Below the pieces are notes generated by a model, which ran no database searches, was not told the DNA's origin, and saw only the letters and a program-made list of their open reading frames with translations. Below are positions 1-13,230 of a stretch of 64,000 nt of DNA, one piece after another. Each line of letters opens with the position of its first letter. The first letter of the stretch is position 1. The DNA is from Vicugna vicugna (taxonomy: Eukaryota): the NCBI GenBank assembly GCA_013265495.1, contig MU058059.1, positions 1,178,001 through 1,242,000 of the forward strand, given 5' to 3'. Both the position numbers and the translations under genes were made by a program.

Positions 1-1070
1 TGGGATTTTTCCGAACTTGTTTCAAGTTCCTTGTCTTCCTGAATTGGGTGTAGTGAACAGCGGTTTATTTGTAGAGGACTTCACTGGGTGCTGTGAGGCA
101 GATTTTGCAGGGAAGGAAACTGAGATCCAAAGTCAAGTGACTTGCTTGGGACCAGAACACTGGTCTTCTGAGTACAGATACCTTGTTTTTCCACGTGGCC
201 CCACCATCTCTCAAAAGACCCAGGATATCTATTGGCTGCGATAAACCACGCTCCTGCTGCAGCAGAGACGTGGTGACTTCTGTCCAGCGGTCTCTCAGGA
301 CACTTCTGCGCAGGATGCAGAGCCCGATCTTGTATTAGTTTGGAAGCTCTCGCATTCCCGAGTCCAAATGTGCAGCCCTGGGCTTGGAGTTAGAGAACTT
401 CCTTCTATTTCGGAACCCTGCCACCTGCACTCCAGCTGTTCTGCTCCGGATGGTCCGTGACTCTTGCTCTGTGGATCATTCTGAATAATTTGTGGGTTTT
501 CTTACAAAACACAAAGCAGTGAAAATGGCCCTTTTTGGTCTGGGACGGGGAGTAAAGAGGATGAAGGGAGGAAGGATTGAGAGGACCCCCTTCTGTCTCT
601 TCTCTGCTGTTTCGCTGATTCTGTCCCCATTAACTTCTAGATCAGTGACCCAGGGTGTGCTGCCTGAGCCCATCCCAGTGAGCCCGTGGGGGATCCTCCT
701 TGGGGAGACCAGATTGCTGTTCTGGGACCCCTTCCCAGTTTCATCCCCACTGCAGGCTCACTGATCCCCGTGCCTTTGAATGTTTGCCTGGGGAACACCA
801 TATGTGTAAACTAAGTTTACCAAGCAGTATGCTTAAGAATAAATTTCAAGATGCTATCTTTTCAGCAGCCTGTGAATCACTTCAACTCATTTGTAAAATA
901 AACTGTCTGCCAGAGGAAATTCATTTTTGATGACCGTGGAGAGCATGGACGTCGTAACACATGGGGCTCTTCCCTCCTGAGAGTCATGAGCTACCGCGCT
1001 GCGACGGATGACAACAGGCGACCAGATAAGGTATAGAGGCAGACTCCCGAGAAGGAAAAATGTATCTCAC

Positions 1071-1247
1071 CCGTCAGACAGTGGACGCAGCCTCTGGTTT
1101 TCAGAGCTGCATGGCGTTCTGCCAGACAACGTGGACCTTATTCTGCTCTTTCACCAGAAGTAAGAAGATAAATATTATAATTAAAAAGAAAGATTTTATA
1201 GAGTTGCTCTGTGCCTTGATTGACCAAAGAACCATTTATCTCACTAC
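1071..1247 (-). pseudogene. Decayed near-terminal exon
   Basis: Strong acceptor tttcttttttcttaaccag|G and donor CGG|gtgaga. FLIIIFIFLLLVKEQNKVHVVWQNAMQL resembles the VWA5A C-terminal helix pair. Confidence 0.35.
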
Positions 1248-1439
1248 CTGGTTAAGAAAAAAAGAAAAGCACGTCTGAAAGCTACTCCCCAGGGAGGAGT
1301 GTTAAGAGAGGGCCTGGGCACCAACACGGGAGGGGCTCGCTGCATCCTGACGGGTGGAGGGAACTCTGTCAACAGTGAGCGAGATTTGCTACCTGTGCTG
1401 GGCCTCAGATGCACTGTTTCTATTTTATTGGATTTTGTT

Positions 1440-2174
1440 GCCTCTTCCTGTCTCTGGGATTGTCGGCTGAATGGTGCCTCTTCAGCTCTGTCTGCTCAGT
1501 CTGTTGTTTTTTTCACATCCTTATCTGGAGAAGGGAAGCTGGGGCTGGCGAGTGATGCTGAGAGATATGAGTGAAAAGCAATCAGCGCTCCTTCATCAGG
1601 AGCAAAGTCAGGAAGTAGGTCGTTCCTGAGGTTCAGAGCCCTGTGCAGCGACCTCCTCAGGGAGCGTCCCAGATGGTGCTGGGGAACTGTCCCGGGAGAA
1701 GCCATGTCACAGAAATGCGCACCGGAAACTGCTGACACTCCAAGGCGGACTGCGGCAGGGTTAAGAAACTGCAGGAATGCTCTTGGTTTCCTTGCTGCAA
1801 TAATTGTACTAATTGTGCTGTCTTCTCTTTTCCAGCACGCTTCCTGGTAGCAGTTCCAGGCAGGGTTGTGCTTCTAAAATCAGTCCTCATCAGGCCCCCA
1901 GGGGTCAAATCTATCAAAGTGACTTTACCAAGTGATCCGTGTACAAGCCCTGAGCGTTGGAAGTGTGCTGTAGAATGGGGTTTCAGCGCAGGCCCAGAAG
2001 ACGTGGGATGCAAGTGTGGGCTCCAAAGCAGGTCTCAGGTCTGTGTTGAATAGAGTTCAGTTGCTCCTGGCTTTCCTGCTGACACCTTGGCCCAGCCCAG
2101 TAATGTTCTGTACAGGCTGGAGAGTCGAAAGCAACTCGAGTTTGGGTTTGACTTAACACCAGTGCGCACGCCCA
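1440..2174 (-). pseudogene. Decayed exon, VWA5/PARP4-type post-vWA region
   Basis: HGSLGKVTLIDL...KEKTAQLVQLLQQGNQEHSCSFLTL resembles HRLAAK.LI.DL...EIIELSL..N.....TSFVAV. Boundaries are uncertain. Confidence 0.4.
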
Positions 2175-2645
2175 GCTGGTGTGCAGGGTGAACAAGTTTT
2201 TTTTTTTTTAAGTGTAAACATTGAGCCAGCAGGAGCCAAATCCTGTTTGGTGCTCAAGGATCAGTCACAAATTATTTTATTGGTTTTTGACTTTATTTTT
2301 CTCCTCCTTGGGCTGTCAGCCTTTCTGCACAGCAGGCCCTGGGTGGAGAGCACCGGGTGGGGGAGACTCCCAGGCAGGGGTGTCCGGCGAGCGTGGAGTT
2401 TGGAGGCTGGGTTAGACCCCCATCCATCGCGGGACATTGACAGCCCCGTTCCTGTCAGCAGGATGGCATGGCAGGACATCAGGTGTATGTCCACGCATGG
2501 CTGCGTGTGTACCACGTGATGCAGTGTGTGTATACACCTGTGATTCAGCAGTTGATGCACAAGATGCTGGCCTTCCAGCATCCCTGAGGACAAGGACTGT
2601 CTCTTATACATCTTTTTACATCCCAGGGGCTAACACAGAGCTTAC

Positions 2646-2862
2646 CCTCAATGAGCCATGGAGATAATACCAACCTATAAGAAAGAAGCCCGGAGTTGTA
2701 GCCCTGAGTTAACTTTTTGCCAAGATACACTGTGCGCAACGTAATCAGATAGCCACGCGAGGGACCGTATAAATGGGGTGTTTTATGGGTTGAATGCAAA
2801 CATTTGCAGTAATGATACTGTTTGCCTCCCAATACCACGTAACATGAGGAACACAACGTCTC
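2646..2862 (-). pseudogene. Decayed exon, C-terminal half of vWA domain
   Basis: ccttcacag|GA ... GAGG|gtaagc. DVVFLMLRGIGRQTVSLLQMFAFNP*NTPFIRSLAWLS / ...VLSPWLIE resembles VWA5A/ITIH LFVFTDG..., STSLIKGIARAS, PLL.DV. Confidence 0.55.
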
Positions 2863-2879
2863 CTGTGAAGGATTCTTTC

Positions 2880-3575
2880 CAAACCACTGGGATTTAATTA
2901 ACCTTTAGATCTAACTCTTACTTCGTAGGAAAGTCAGAGAAAACAGGAACAAGTTAAAACACCAAAAAGAAACAATCCTACATATCCAGTCTTGGGATAT
3001 TCTACTGGACAGCTGGTCCAGTCTTTTAAAGAGACTGTTATTCTTTTTTTTAACATTTTTTATTGAGTTATAATCATTTTACAATGTTGTATCAAGTTCC
3101 AGTGTAGAGCACAATTTTCCAATTATACATGAACATATATACATATTCATTGTCACATTGTTTTCTCTGAGCTACCACAAGATCTTGTGGATATTTCCCT
3201 GTGCTATACAGTGTAATCTTGTTTATCTATTCTACGTTTTGAAATCCCAGTCTGTCCCTTCCCACCCCCCGCCCCAAAACAGGGGAGCTGTTGGAGGGGA
3301 GGGGAGTGAATGGTCTAGATTTTGAAAAAGACTTAAGACGTAACAACCAAACGTAATGTGTGCTCCTTCATGTGGAGCCTGGTTTGGAAAAAGAGAAAAG
3401 CCATAAAAGATATTGGGCCACCTGGTCAAAGGGAAGCCTGACCTGTGCACTAGTGACCTTGGAGGGTTATGTGTGAAAAAGCAGTTGCTGGATCTAGGTG
3501 GGGGGCATGCACTGTGCCAGTCTTTCTTTTTCTCTGTGTGTTTGAAAATTTTATAACACAATTTTTTTAAAGGAA
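2880..3575 (+). mobile_element. Old L1MC-type 3' end, split by a younger L1
   Basis: Typical L1MC 3' UTR phrases (ctttagatctaact, gacttaagacgtaacaaccaaa, tttgaaaattttataa). Confidence 0.55.
3043..3272 (-). mobile_element. Young lineage-specific L1 3' end
   Basis: Poly-T then ttattgagttataatcattttacaatgttgt...ccctgtgctatacagt, a reverse-complement L1 3' UTR. Confidence 0.75.
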
Positions 3576-3774
3576 GTAAAATACCACTTGGCCCAGAAGG
3601 GAAAGGACGTCCTAACACCCCGAGACAGCGTGGTGGGTTCTGGGACCCACGGGGAGCTCCAGTTTGCGGACTGGCCACTCCGTGTGGGTGCAGCAGCCAG
3701 AAGCGAACAGCAGAGAGGACCGGCTACGTGCTGGAGCCTGGGATTTCTCCTGGGAGCAAGAGGAGCCGCAGGAG

Positions 3775-4560
3775 GCTTTTATTGTGAATAACCGTATTGA
3801 GATAGAATTCACACACCATGAAGGTCACTCTTCTCAAGTTTCCCACTCAGTGGTTTGGGGGACATTCAAACAGTTGTGCATCCATCACTACTGTCTAATT
3901 CTAGATGTTTTTATCACCCTGATTTGAAACCCTGTACCCAAGAGCAGTCACTCCCCACCTACTCCACCTGCCCCAGCCCCTGACAACCACTGATGCACTT
4001 TCTGTCTCTCTGGATTTGCCTGTCCTGGGCATTTCATACAAACAGAGTCACAGAATAGATGGTCTTTTGTGTCCGGCTTCTCTCACTTAGCATGTGTTCT
4101 TTTTTAATTGAAGTATTGTCGATTTACGTGTGTTAATTTCTGCGGTACAGCATAGTGATTCAGTTATATATACATATACATATTCCTTTTCATATTCTTT
4201 TTCATTATAGGCCATTACCATTACCACTTAGCATGTTTCAACAATCATTCACATTGTAGCGGGTATCAGAACGTCATTCTTTTTTATGGCTGAATCTTTA
4301 TTATATGTGTATCCATTTATCAGTTGATGGACGTTTGGATTATTTCCATTTTTTGGGTTATTATGAATAATGCTGCTAAGAACAATCATGGACGAGTTTT
4401 TGTGTGGACATTTGATTTCCATTTTCTTAGGTATAGACCTAATGGTGTACATCTGATGCTTTAAGGAATAAAACTTTAACTGCTGGCATGTCTTTTCCAA
4501 GGCAGCTGAACCATTACATTCCCACTGGCAAGGTATGAAGGTGTCAATGCCTCATCGCAA
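3775..4560 (-). mobile_element. L1MB-type 3' end with nested L1 fragment (4096-4224)
   Basis: attgagatagaattcacacacc...; the nested insert is flanked by a 12-bp TSD cacttagcatgt (4084-4095 and 4225-4236). Confidence 0.75.
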
Positions 4561-7500
4561 TCCCATAAGAATCTTCTGCCAATATTCTAAAGAGGGCCAG
4601 ACTCAGGGTTCTATTTGAGCTAAAAATGAACTTTCCTTCCCTAAAGACCTTCAGTCAGAATCTTATAAATACGATCACTGACACCCCAGGTGTGGGCCGT
4701 CATATGGAAACCTTAGGGAGAGGGTTGTCAGGCAAGAAGGCCTGCGCCTGGAGAGATCTGCGTTAAAGGGGCCACACGTACCTCCTCTGCTGGGGGTCAG
4801 ATCCTTGAGGCACATGCGGGGCTGAGCCCTAAGATGGAGAGGAAGTTGATACAGCCCAGCCGCCCGGGTAAAGGCTCTGGAGGCAGGAGTCATGCAGGCC
4901 GAGCAGTGAGGCCAGGTGTCCGTGCAGTGAGAGAACCGAGAAGGCTAAGAAATTCTCTTTTCTGAGAGGATGCGGAGCAGCAGAAATGAGAGGCCAAGAG
5001 AGGAGCCCAGAAGCCAGGCCTGAAGAAGTGTGGGCGAGACAGAAAGGCGAGTGGGAGTCCGGGGAGGGAGGCACCGGGGCAGACACCACCCCAGCTGGAC
5101 CCAAGGTGCTGTGGGACAGGCCCGTGCCCTCCAGGAGCCAGGAGGAGACTTAGGGAAATAATTTGGCTTTGATGGGAGTGGAGTGGGTCCGCCAGAGGCT
5201 GCTCTGGAGTCAGGGTTGGGACTGTGAGCACCCTGCCCCCCCACCCAGCGCCTGCCCCAGCTCGGGGCTGGGCCTTTCTCCTCCATGTACTCCCCCAAAT
5301 TCTGCTGCTTGAGAAGACTTCCACTCCGGAAGGACCATGACCACGGATCCGTGTCTCCTTGTGCCAGCCACTCAGAATTACCGGCTGCTTTTCCCATGTG
5401 TCTATATGCAACCACAGGGAAGACACATCTGAATCTAAGCTCTCTCTCCCCTAACCCAGGGGAAGGATTTTGGGACCCAAGAAGGAGCTGTAGTGTCCAC
5501 GCTAGCGATCTGGGTGGAGCTGAGTCATGAGGAACTGCACTGGACGAAGTTGATCTCCAGGAAGTTCTTCCTCTTTCTACACCACGGCTTCATGAGTGAT
5601 GGTGGCTCACAGTGCAGCGTCTCAGGTCCTGCTCCGGGTGGTGAGGACACAGAAAGGCTGTTCGGGAGGATGTGAAGTTGATCTTGAGCCAGAGGTCTGG
5701 GGTTCTGGTCAGAGAAGAGGAGTCTTGAAGGTGGAGAACCTGCATTTCTCCTTAGTCAGAATTTTTTTTGGATTCAGCCTCCTCCTCAAGGATTTGTCCC
5801 TAAGTGGCACTGACAGAAACCAGCTCTCCCCTAAGAGGAATGGAAGCATATTTCCTTGTTTCAGTTGAAGCTTAGTGTGCTTTTGTCTCAAAGGAGGATG
5901 ACTTCTCCAAAAGGCGCCTGCTCCAATGTGCCTGTAAGACTCGGCAGATGGTAGGATTGTTTTTAAGGAAATATGCCTGCTTTGATTCTTATTCCACCTA
6001 AGACCGAAATAGCAATTATGAACACACTGGAGTAACTGTCACGATATTAGCAGGGACTCATTTATCATGTTATCTGTAAGCATCCACCCTGAGTATTCTG
6101 GGACGCTGTGGGAATGGTACCTTCCATGTTGATTAAGGCAAGCATGGAGGTGGGGATGAGGTGGACAAGAAAGTGACCATTCGTGGCCTGGGGATAAGGG
6201 GGGACACCTCTAAAATAAGATCGTAGGAAGAGATTAAGAGTCATCATTTTGCTGAGTGTTTCTTTTTCCTCCAAAGGGAGTATGTGCATCCATGGAATTT
6301 CTGCCTCAAGCTGCATTTCATTTCTGACTAATTGAGTCAGATTACAAATAAAATCTGTTTAATGTAAACAGAAACCCAGTTAAGCTTCAACCTTCCACCT
6401 GAGTCACCTGCTAATTAAATTCTTGATGTCTCAGCCCCTAACCCTGACTCCAGACCATCTCTCTCTCATTCTCTCCCTCGGATCAGATTGCCTGTGGTCA
6501 GTTCACCTCGTGACTTCTCAAGATGGAAGCCAGCCTGATGGACAGCCCCACACCTCCAGCAAACCTAGATGCTCCAAGTTTAGGCGACAGATACCTCGAA
6601 GCAATTCACTCTTGCTTGGTCTGCATTGTGGCCAATATAGCCTCACACGGTGATAAATCACCTCCATATTGTTTTTTTGAAAAGTTAGTTAATTGTTGAA
6701 ATACCCTTTCCAACGCATAAAGCATTGATCCTTACATTTGAAGGGCCTGTGAACAGGGTCTCTCTAAGGCAGGAGGGGAGGTCTTGGTTAGGTAGAGGGC
6801 TGCCCAACACAAGATCCTGACAGCTCAGCCTTGACCTGGGAAGGGGACCAAGAGCAGGGTGGAGAAAGACAATAGTCGTCAAAATCATCCCTCGCCTGCC
6901 CAGGAATCCTCGACCTGGCAGGATTTTTGCAGTCCCTCTCATTTCTTTCTAGGGACAAACTCTCCTCATTTTAAGGGACTAAAGTTCAGGATGAAAGAAT
7001 TTTTGTTCAATGTATATACTTTCCAGTGACTGACATGCCCTCTTTTAACTTTAATTAGAAACCAAACTGAATAAAATACTTGACTTTGACATATCATAGT
7101 GATTTTAGAAGACTTTTCAACTCCAGTAAAATATGAAACAGTCATTCAAAAGGCCATTAGCATGGCCTCCCACCACCTCTTGGGCACAGGGAAAGACAAA
7201 ATTACTCACAATAGTAATCATGCCACAAATCAATTACTATTTAGGATTATTTCGACTAAACTTAACCACAAAATGCCTCACATCCACTGAACCACAATCT
7301 TAACTGTGGATTTTTGCAAAAATAAGCCATGCCTTATAATACACACACTCTCACACACACATCATGGGCTATTAGCTGAGAGGCGATCATTTTCTTAAAC
7401 AGCATATATCATTCACACAGAGCCAAAGTATAATTTGAATGCAACAGAACAAGATTTTCCTTAGCTTCACATAAATTGGAGTGGGAGATAATAATGCTTT

Positions 7501-7668
7501 CTATTTTTTCCCTATGCAACAAGAGAAGTAAGCTTTTAGCTCTAAAAAACAACAACACACACACACACACAAACTCTCAAAGTGTTTCCAATTTAAATAC
7601 ATTATACTTAATGCAGTTTCTAAATTTTAACTGTTTCTGATTCTTTTAACTGTTCAGGGAAAGCATAC

Positions 7669-7810
7669 CAAGATTTTGAGATTTCCCAGTTGAACGGAAA
7701 TCAAGCCCACAGGCATCAGCAAAAGCAGGGCGTCGCTGGCCCTCTCAAAAGCACCTCTGAGCCTCCAGGTTTCCCTGCTGAAACTGCATCCCACTGTCAA
7801 ACCCAAACAC
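7669..7810 (-). pseudogene. Decayed exon, vWA domain
   Basis: aatttttag|GTG ... CTTG|gtatgc. VFGFDSGMQFQQGNLEAQRCF*...; LE|VFGFDS corresponds to the FNIIGFGS-type vWA strand. Confidence 0.55.
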
Positions 7811-8999
7811 CTAAAAATTAAAATTTCAATCCAGTAAAATTACTTCAATAAACCATCTTCTGAGAAGGAGAAGGAGAAAGAATACCTGAGTACAAGTTTT
7901 AGGTAAACCATCCTTTACACACAGATAATTTTACACTGGACTGCAGTAGTGTTTCACTTGCTACTAAGATCTATTTTTATAAGCGCTAAGAAAAATCAGA
8001 TGCTTTGGGGAAGAATAAACAAGGACATCCTAAATTAAGGTGCATAAATAATTTCACACTTTCTACTTGAGCGTCTAATGTGTGTATTTCATTGTCTTTC
8101 ACATTGTCTACAAAGGTGCAAACAACTGTTTCATATCCTGCGCCTGTTCGGATACTGCTGTACGGTTAAAAATGGCAGCCCCTGTCTTCTTGATTAAGTA
8201 ATGTTTGGTTCTGTGCCTCCTGGATTTCCTCATCTCAGATTTTGCTCAGTTCCTCAGTTCCTATTTCATTCTTGCCCGTAAGTCTGTAACTTTTGGCTTA
8301 TTCTCATTGGGAAAGTTACTCTCACTTTATCTGTACTAATACATTATAGGATGTCTGTTCATAGCCTGGTATTTCTTTAGACTACTGATTTGTCTAACCA
8401 TGAAAAATGACTTTAAAGATACTTCTTTAGCAAATGAAAATGACCCTCCCTTAAGATCACAGGTTCAGTGGGGTAGCCATGAGGGCAGAAAGATGAATGC
8501 TTAGAATAATCCATTTTACTAGAAGTTCTAGAAATCTTTATTTTAAATAAATGTATGCTATTAGGCAGAAGATTCTAGCTCTAAGCCCACAGGAAGAAAA
8601 AATTGTTCTCTCTTATCTTCTCTTGAATGCTTCCACAACGTTTCTCCGACCCCTGTGTTTTAGTCCAAGGATATGTTGGGAGCCATCTTCACAATAGCAC
8701 CAAATACGGACTTCAAGGGGAAGAAAGCCACATTTGGGAGATCTACACTTCTCTACAGACGTTAGATGTGTCAGCAGACTGTGCCTCTGAGCAAGCTATG
8801 AAGCTCAGAAGCTCTGCTAATAACTTGAGACCTTGAACTTTACTGTTCTGAGTTTCTATGCCATTTCACCTTTGAGTCTTCTCACTTATTTATAAAATTG
8901 AACTGTTTTATAAATAAATTCTCAGCCTGCCTAGTGTTGATATTATGGGCATGAAGATGCAATATCCATGAAATTATTCTGAATTACCTAAAACATGAC

Positions 9000-9110
9000 T
9001 TTCACTCATTCAACAAATACTTATTGAGCACATTCTTCCTCCCTGGTGCTGTGTCGGGTTCTGGGAATAGAACTGTGGCCATGACGGACGTAGCCTCTGG
9101 TCTCAGAGGT
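9000..9110 (-). mobile_element. L2 3' end
   Basis: cattcaacaaatacttattgagcac signature. Confidence 0.65.
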
Positions 9111-9323
9111 ATGACATGAAGTATCGCTCCTCATATCATTGGTATTATTTCTGTAACATCTGTTATTACCACTACTACCATAATATTGGTAGATATTTAA
9201 AGAAATTGCTATTGTTTGTGTAACCATCAACATCCTTTATGCTAGGATAATATTTGAGACATTATCATTATCAAATGATTATCATCCTTACATAATTTTA
9301 TAATTTTTAATTATTAAATTCAC

Positions 9324-9805
9324 CTCCAAAACATTTGGTGATTTTGTAGACAGTGAGGCAAGCACCCTCAACCCCATGAGTTAGTTCGAGCTTTTGCTTC
9401 TAATTGGATTCACATTGTACATCTCTGCCTGACATCTTGTGAGAGTCAGGACCAACCAGAACCATACACAGGAAGAAGATAGAACAATCTCGAAGGAGAT
9501 CAGATGTCAGATCTGTACAAATGTATTCAGCTCTAAAGTCAAAGCTCTTCCAGCTTTAGCCAACAGTTGTGTTCTCTCACTGGCTCCTTAGCATGTGAGA
9601 TTCCTTAATGTGACTCAGTCCACATGCAATTGATCAATAAGGAATTGTTGTCATTTTAGCACGGACCTCATGCTGGTAAATTGGTGACTTTTCCAGGGTG
9701 ACAAAGTTCTGACAGGCTTAGGAGCCAGTCTTTTCACAATTAAATCAAAGTCTTCGTGATACTGAAGATCTTCAGGAGAAGGCTGAAGCCAAGCAGAAAT
9801 TCCTT
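9324..9805 (-). pseudogene. Decayed exon, linker and start of vWA domain
   Basis: cttcctgtag|AA ... GAG|gtgaat, 482 nt, net in frame. LQYHEDFDLIVKR, then a degenerate MIDAS-like WFWLV/DSHKMSG, ending LRVLASLSTKSPNVLE. Confidence 0.55.
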
Positions 9806-9877
9806 CTACAGGAAGAGGTTGCTATAGTGGCTTCAAGAATGGTGACATTTTGCAGGATGTCAGCTGTTCTGGGACAT

Positions 9878-10052
9878 AAACTGCATCAGAATGAGCTGGA
9901 AAATGTGTTAAAACACAGGTGGCCAGGCTCTTCCTCCTTCTCCACCCCATCCCCAGGGCTTTGTGGTTCAACGGGACTGAAGGATGGCCTGAGAATCTGC
10001 ACTGGAGGCTTATGTTCCTGGTCTGAGGGCCACACCTTGAGAGCCAGTGGAC
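9878..10052. mobile_element. MER5A-like DNA transposon fragment
   Basis: tgcatcagaat...ggcctgagaatctgca...ccacaccttgagagccagtgg. Confidence 0.55.
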
Positions 10053-12049
10053 TGTGTCTAGCCACCTGCGGAAGCTGCAAATGCCAATGCAGAATTTGCA
10101 AGTTTTTCCTATGTCACAAAAATTGAGTGATGAGGAAGATGACCTCCAGATTATATGTTTTATGTTGATGCAACTGGTCTCTATCAGAAGCGAATGTCTT
10201 CAAGGACGTCCATCTTGAGGGAGGAAACAGGAGTCCTAGAGATAAGGCTGCTGTGATGCCTGCACTGTGAATCTAGATACGAATGCCAGCGGAGACTTAA
10301 CTGCACTAGTATCTTAAGCGGTTGCTGTTGTTTTTGTTACTTCTAATTACAAAGCTTTATAGGTTTTGAGTGGTCCTCTTTAATCTGATTTTTTCCACTA
10401 GTCCTGTAGATTTTACCATGTGATTTTGCAGAATATAAGGTTTTTCAGAAACACAAATATGGCATTAGAGTAGAATACAATTAGATAATTAAAGTAATTA
10501 AACAAGTGATAATGAATAATACAAAAATAGTGTTACATCTTTATTAGAGCTATATAAGGAAATTCTTATCAAATCCAGTGACAATGACCCACAAATAGAA
10601 GACAGAGAAGAGCCAGCAGGTGGAGGTGGAGCTGATGACCTGGAAGTCGTGCCGGCCTGATAGGTTCTCGTTGTAAAACTGAGTGAAACGTCTTCCCTGA
10701 ATTTGTCAGAACACCTCCAGCAGCCGAGCTGGACCAGCGCGCAGTGTTGAAGTGCAGGGGATTAAAAAGATGCGAGGCGGGGACAGAATAGCTTCAGGTA
10801 TTTTGCTGATAAAACAAAACCCTTAGTCTTCCCATAAATTAAACAAGCCTGCTCTCCTTGACATATTTTGAACATTGCTCATGTTTCCAAGTGTTTCCCT
10901 TTGGGGTGCTCTGTCTAACCCTCGTCTTGCCAACCAGGTCACATTCTGTTCACGGGAGACACCCGTTCATTCTCCATGGAAACAGGTCAGGTGAAGGCGC
11001 TGCTGGGAGGCTGTGAGGAGGAAGGGAAGGAGGGGCAGTGCTGGGGGCAAGTGAGGAGAGAGCTCGCAGGGGAGGGTCCCCGAAGTACCAAGGTTTGGGG
11101 TCTTGTACCCTGGGTCCTGACAAAAGCCTTGTTATGTGTGCACTTTCCCTGTATGAATGAAGCAAAAGTGCAGCCCCCTAATGTTAAAGTTAGAGGAAAA
11201 AAAGACATGGTTGTCATTCCTAATCTGTGTGGCTTGAATCCCAGGTTTTCTGTGTTCTCTAGCCCATGGAGGGGATGGTGAGGGGCCCCCAAGTCTACAG
11301 GAAGTGGGTCTCTGCAGTGCCATTAGCCCTTCAGTAGTTTGCCTTGTCACCTAAATGTAGCTGTAGGGAGAATTTATCCTTAGGCCAAGATGTAAGACTG
11401 TGCTGATGTTTTAATCCTAGGTAAGCCTTCAGTAGATGATTTGGCTAAATCAGACTATGTGGAAATTGAATGCAAACTTGCTGAGAATGCATTTCTCAAG
11501 AGAGCACAGGTGGAGGAATTAAAGGCAGAAATGTCTGGTGAACTGGTGTCTGCCAAGTCGTCCAAACAGAACTTACTAGTCAAACCAGAAACCAGGTCCT
11601 TAGATGACGAAGCGAGGCTCCCCACCCCCGCCATGGCTTTTATTAAAAAGCCCGCAGTCCTGTTCTGGTGGGGAGATACTCCTAGGTTTGGAGAAAAGGA
11701 GTAGATGGAGTTCTGACTTAATTAAAATGTTCATTTTAAGTGTACCAGCTCCTGCGGTGATGACAGCCAACAGGTCACCAGACGGAAGTGAACTGTGTGA
11801 CAACTGTCTGGACGAACAGTTTACCGTGGGAACCCCGAGGTTATGGGATGGTTGCAAATGCAGTGTGCTCCCAGTCTGCTGTAGCTTTAATCAAACCTCC
11901 CTGAGGCTAGCCAATTTTTAAGCAACTGGAATGCAAGACAATTTACCTGCAGGTATGGAGTGTAATTAGAACCCGTGTTTCAGAAAGTATTTTGTATCTT
12001 GATAGACTTTGGTGCCTCTATTTGGCACACCAGTTCCCAGGGTCTACAG

Positions 12050-12241
12050 CAGCAGTTTGCAAACAGCAGGGCACACTAGAATCACCTGGAAGGCTGCCCT
12101 AGCTCACCCCCAACCAACTCCCTACCCCCCAGTTTCCCCCAGATGGAGCAGGCCTGACTGAGGCCCTAATATTTGCATTTCTAACAACTTGTAGGGTGAT
12201 GTTGAAGCGGCTGATTCCAGGACCACACTTTGAGAACCATG
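12050..12241. mobile_element. MER5A
   Basis: agaatcacctgga...atttgcatttctaacaa...ggaccacactttgagaacca. Confidence 0.7.
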
Positions 12242-12592
12242 TTTACATAGAAAACAAGCAAACAAACAAACAAAGGTGGGCGATGGGGTGGTGAGAACAT
12301 CCACCAGGCGCTGTGGGAGGGGCATGCGGCCCTTCTAACCAGCTGGCAGAATGACCAAGCCAAGCCACTTGGTTTTAGTTGGGTTGACTTAATGGCTTCT
12401 TACAACTCCTGTTTGAATTATTGTGTGAAAATTACTGGTAAGCAGAGAATTTGGCCTAGAGGCACTGGTTAATGGTACTTTATCAATTCTTCCTGCCTGA
12501 TCGGAAATGTTTTGCCATAGAATACTTAAAGGGAAAAATGAAATCTAAGTTGTCATTATCGACCAATTGTTTCATAATCAGCACACACTCAC

Positions 12593-12783
12593 ATTCAACT
12601 TCAGAATCTACAGGGTGTATCTCAGGAAGGAGAGTGGATTGTCCGGTCTGGGTGGACCACGGGGCTATTCTCCATCACATTCTCCATCACAGAAAACCGC
12701 CCAGATCCCCTGCTGCCCACACGGTTTGCCTGGGACCTTTTCCTCTGATTTAGCCTGAGCTGCTTTGCTTCAGGACTGTTGGT
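12593..12783 (-). pseudogene. Decayed exon, VIT-vWA linker
   Basis: atccctag|AC ... GAAT|gtgagt. Contains FSVMENSPVV..IHSPS and a 12-nt tandem duplication (12667-12690). Confidence 0.4.
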
Positions 12784-13230
12784 CTAGGGATTTTAAGGAC
12801 TAGGAAGGCTCATTGATTATTTCCTTGTAGATTATGTCGCATGTGTTAAAAGCCACTAAGCAGTAAGTTCTGGAAAATCTCACTTGCCAGAGGAAAGGCA
12901 GCAACACTTAAATCTCGTGTTTCAGGAGAGGAACAGAAAAACAGCAGGTAACTGGGAAGAATCTAGAAACCAGTACTGACTGTGTTTTATGTGCATGGAT
13001 TAACTACTCTCCCTCTGAACCATCCTCCTTCTGAAATGTAAGTCAAGTCCGCTTCTGGGTCATGTTAGGGTAGGATGGGGGTGGATTAGAGCCTCAGCTG
13101 AGATATTGATGATAAAATTAAAAAAATGTGTAATAAAAATAAACATTAACAGTCACACATTTATGCACATTTTAAATAAATTTTAAGTTTCAAAACAGAA
13201 TAATGTTGAAGTAATTCTCGGGCTCCTTAC

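Noticed and set aside
4890..5750. Overlapping 156-178 aa ORFs in a GC-rich stretch
   Set aside because: Open frames are explained by GC content; no domain similarity or consistent splice sites.
7669..9805. Possible GREB1-like similarity
   Set aside because: Flanking exons do not continue the match; the VIT-vWA reading is consistent.
11441..11704. Protein-like plus-strand ORF (AKSDYVEIECKLAEN...)
   Set aside because: No family recognised, no ATG and no convincing exon boundaries.
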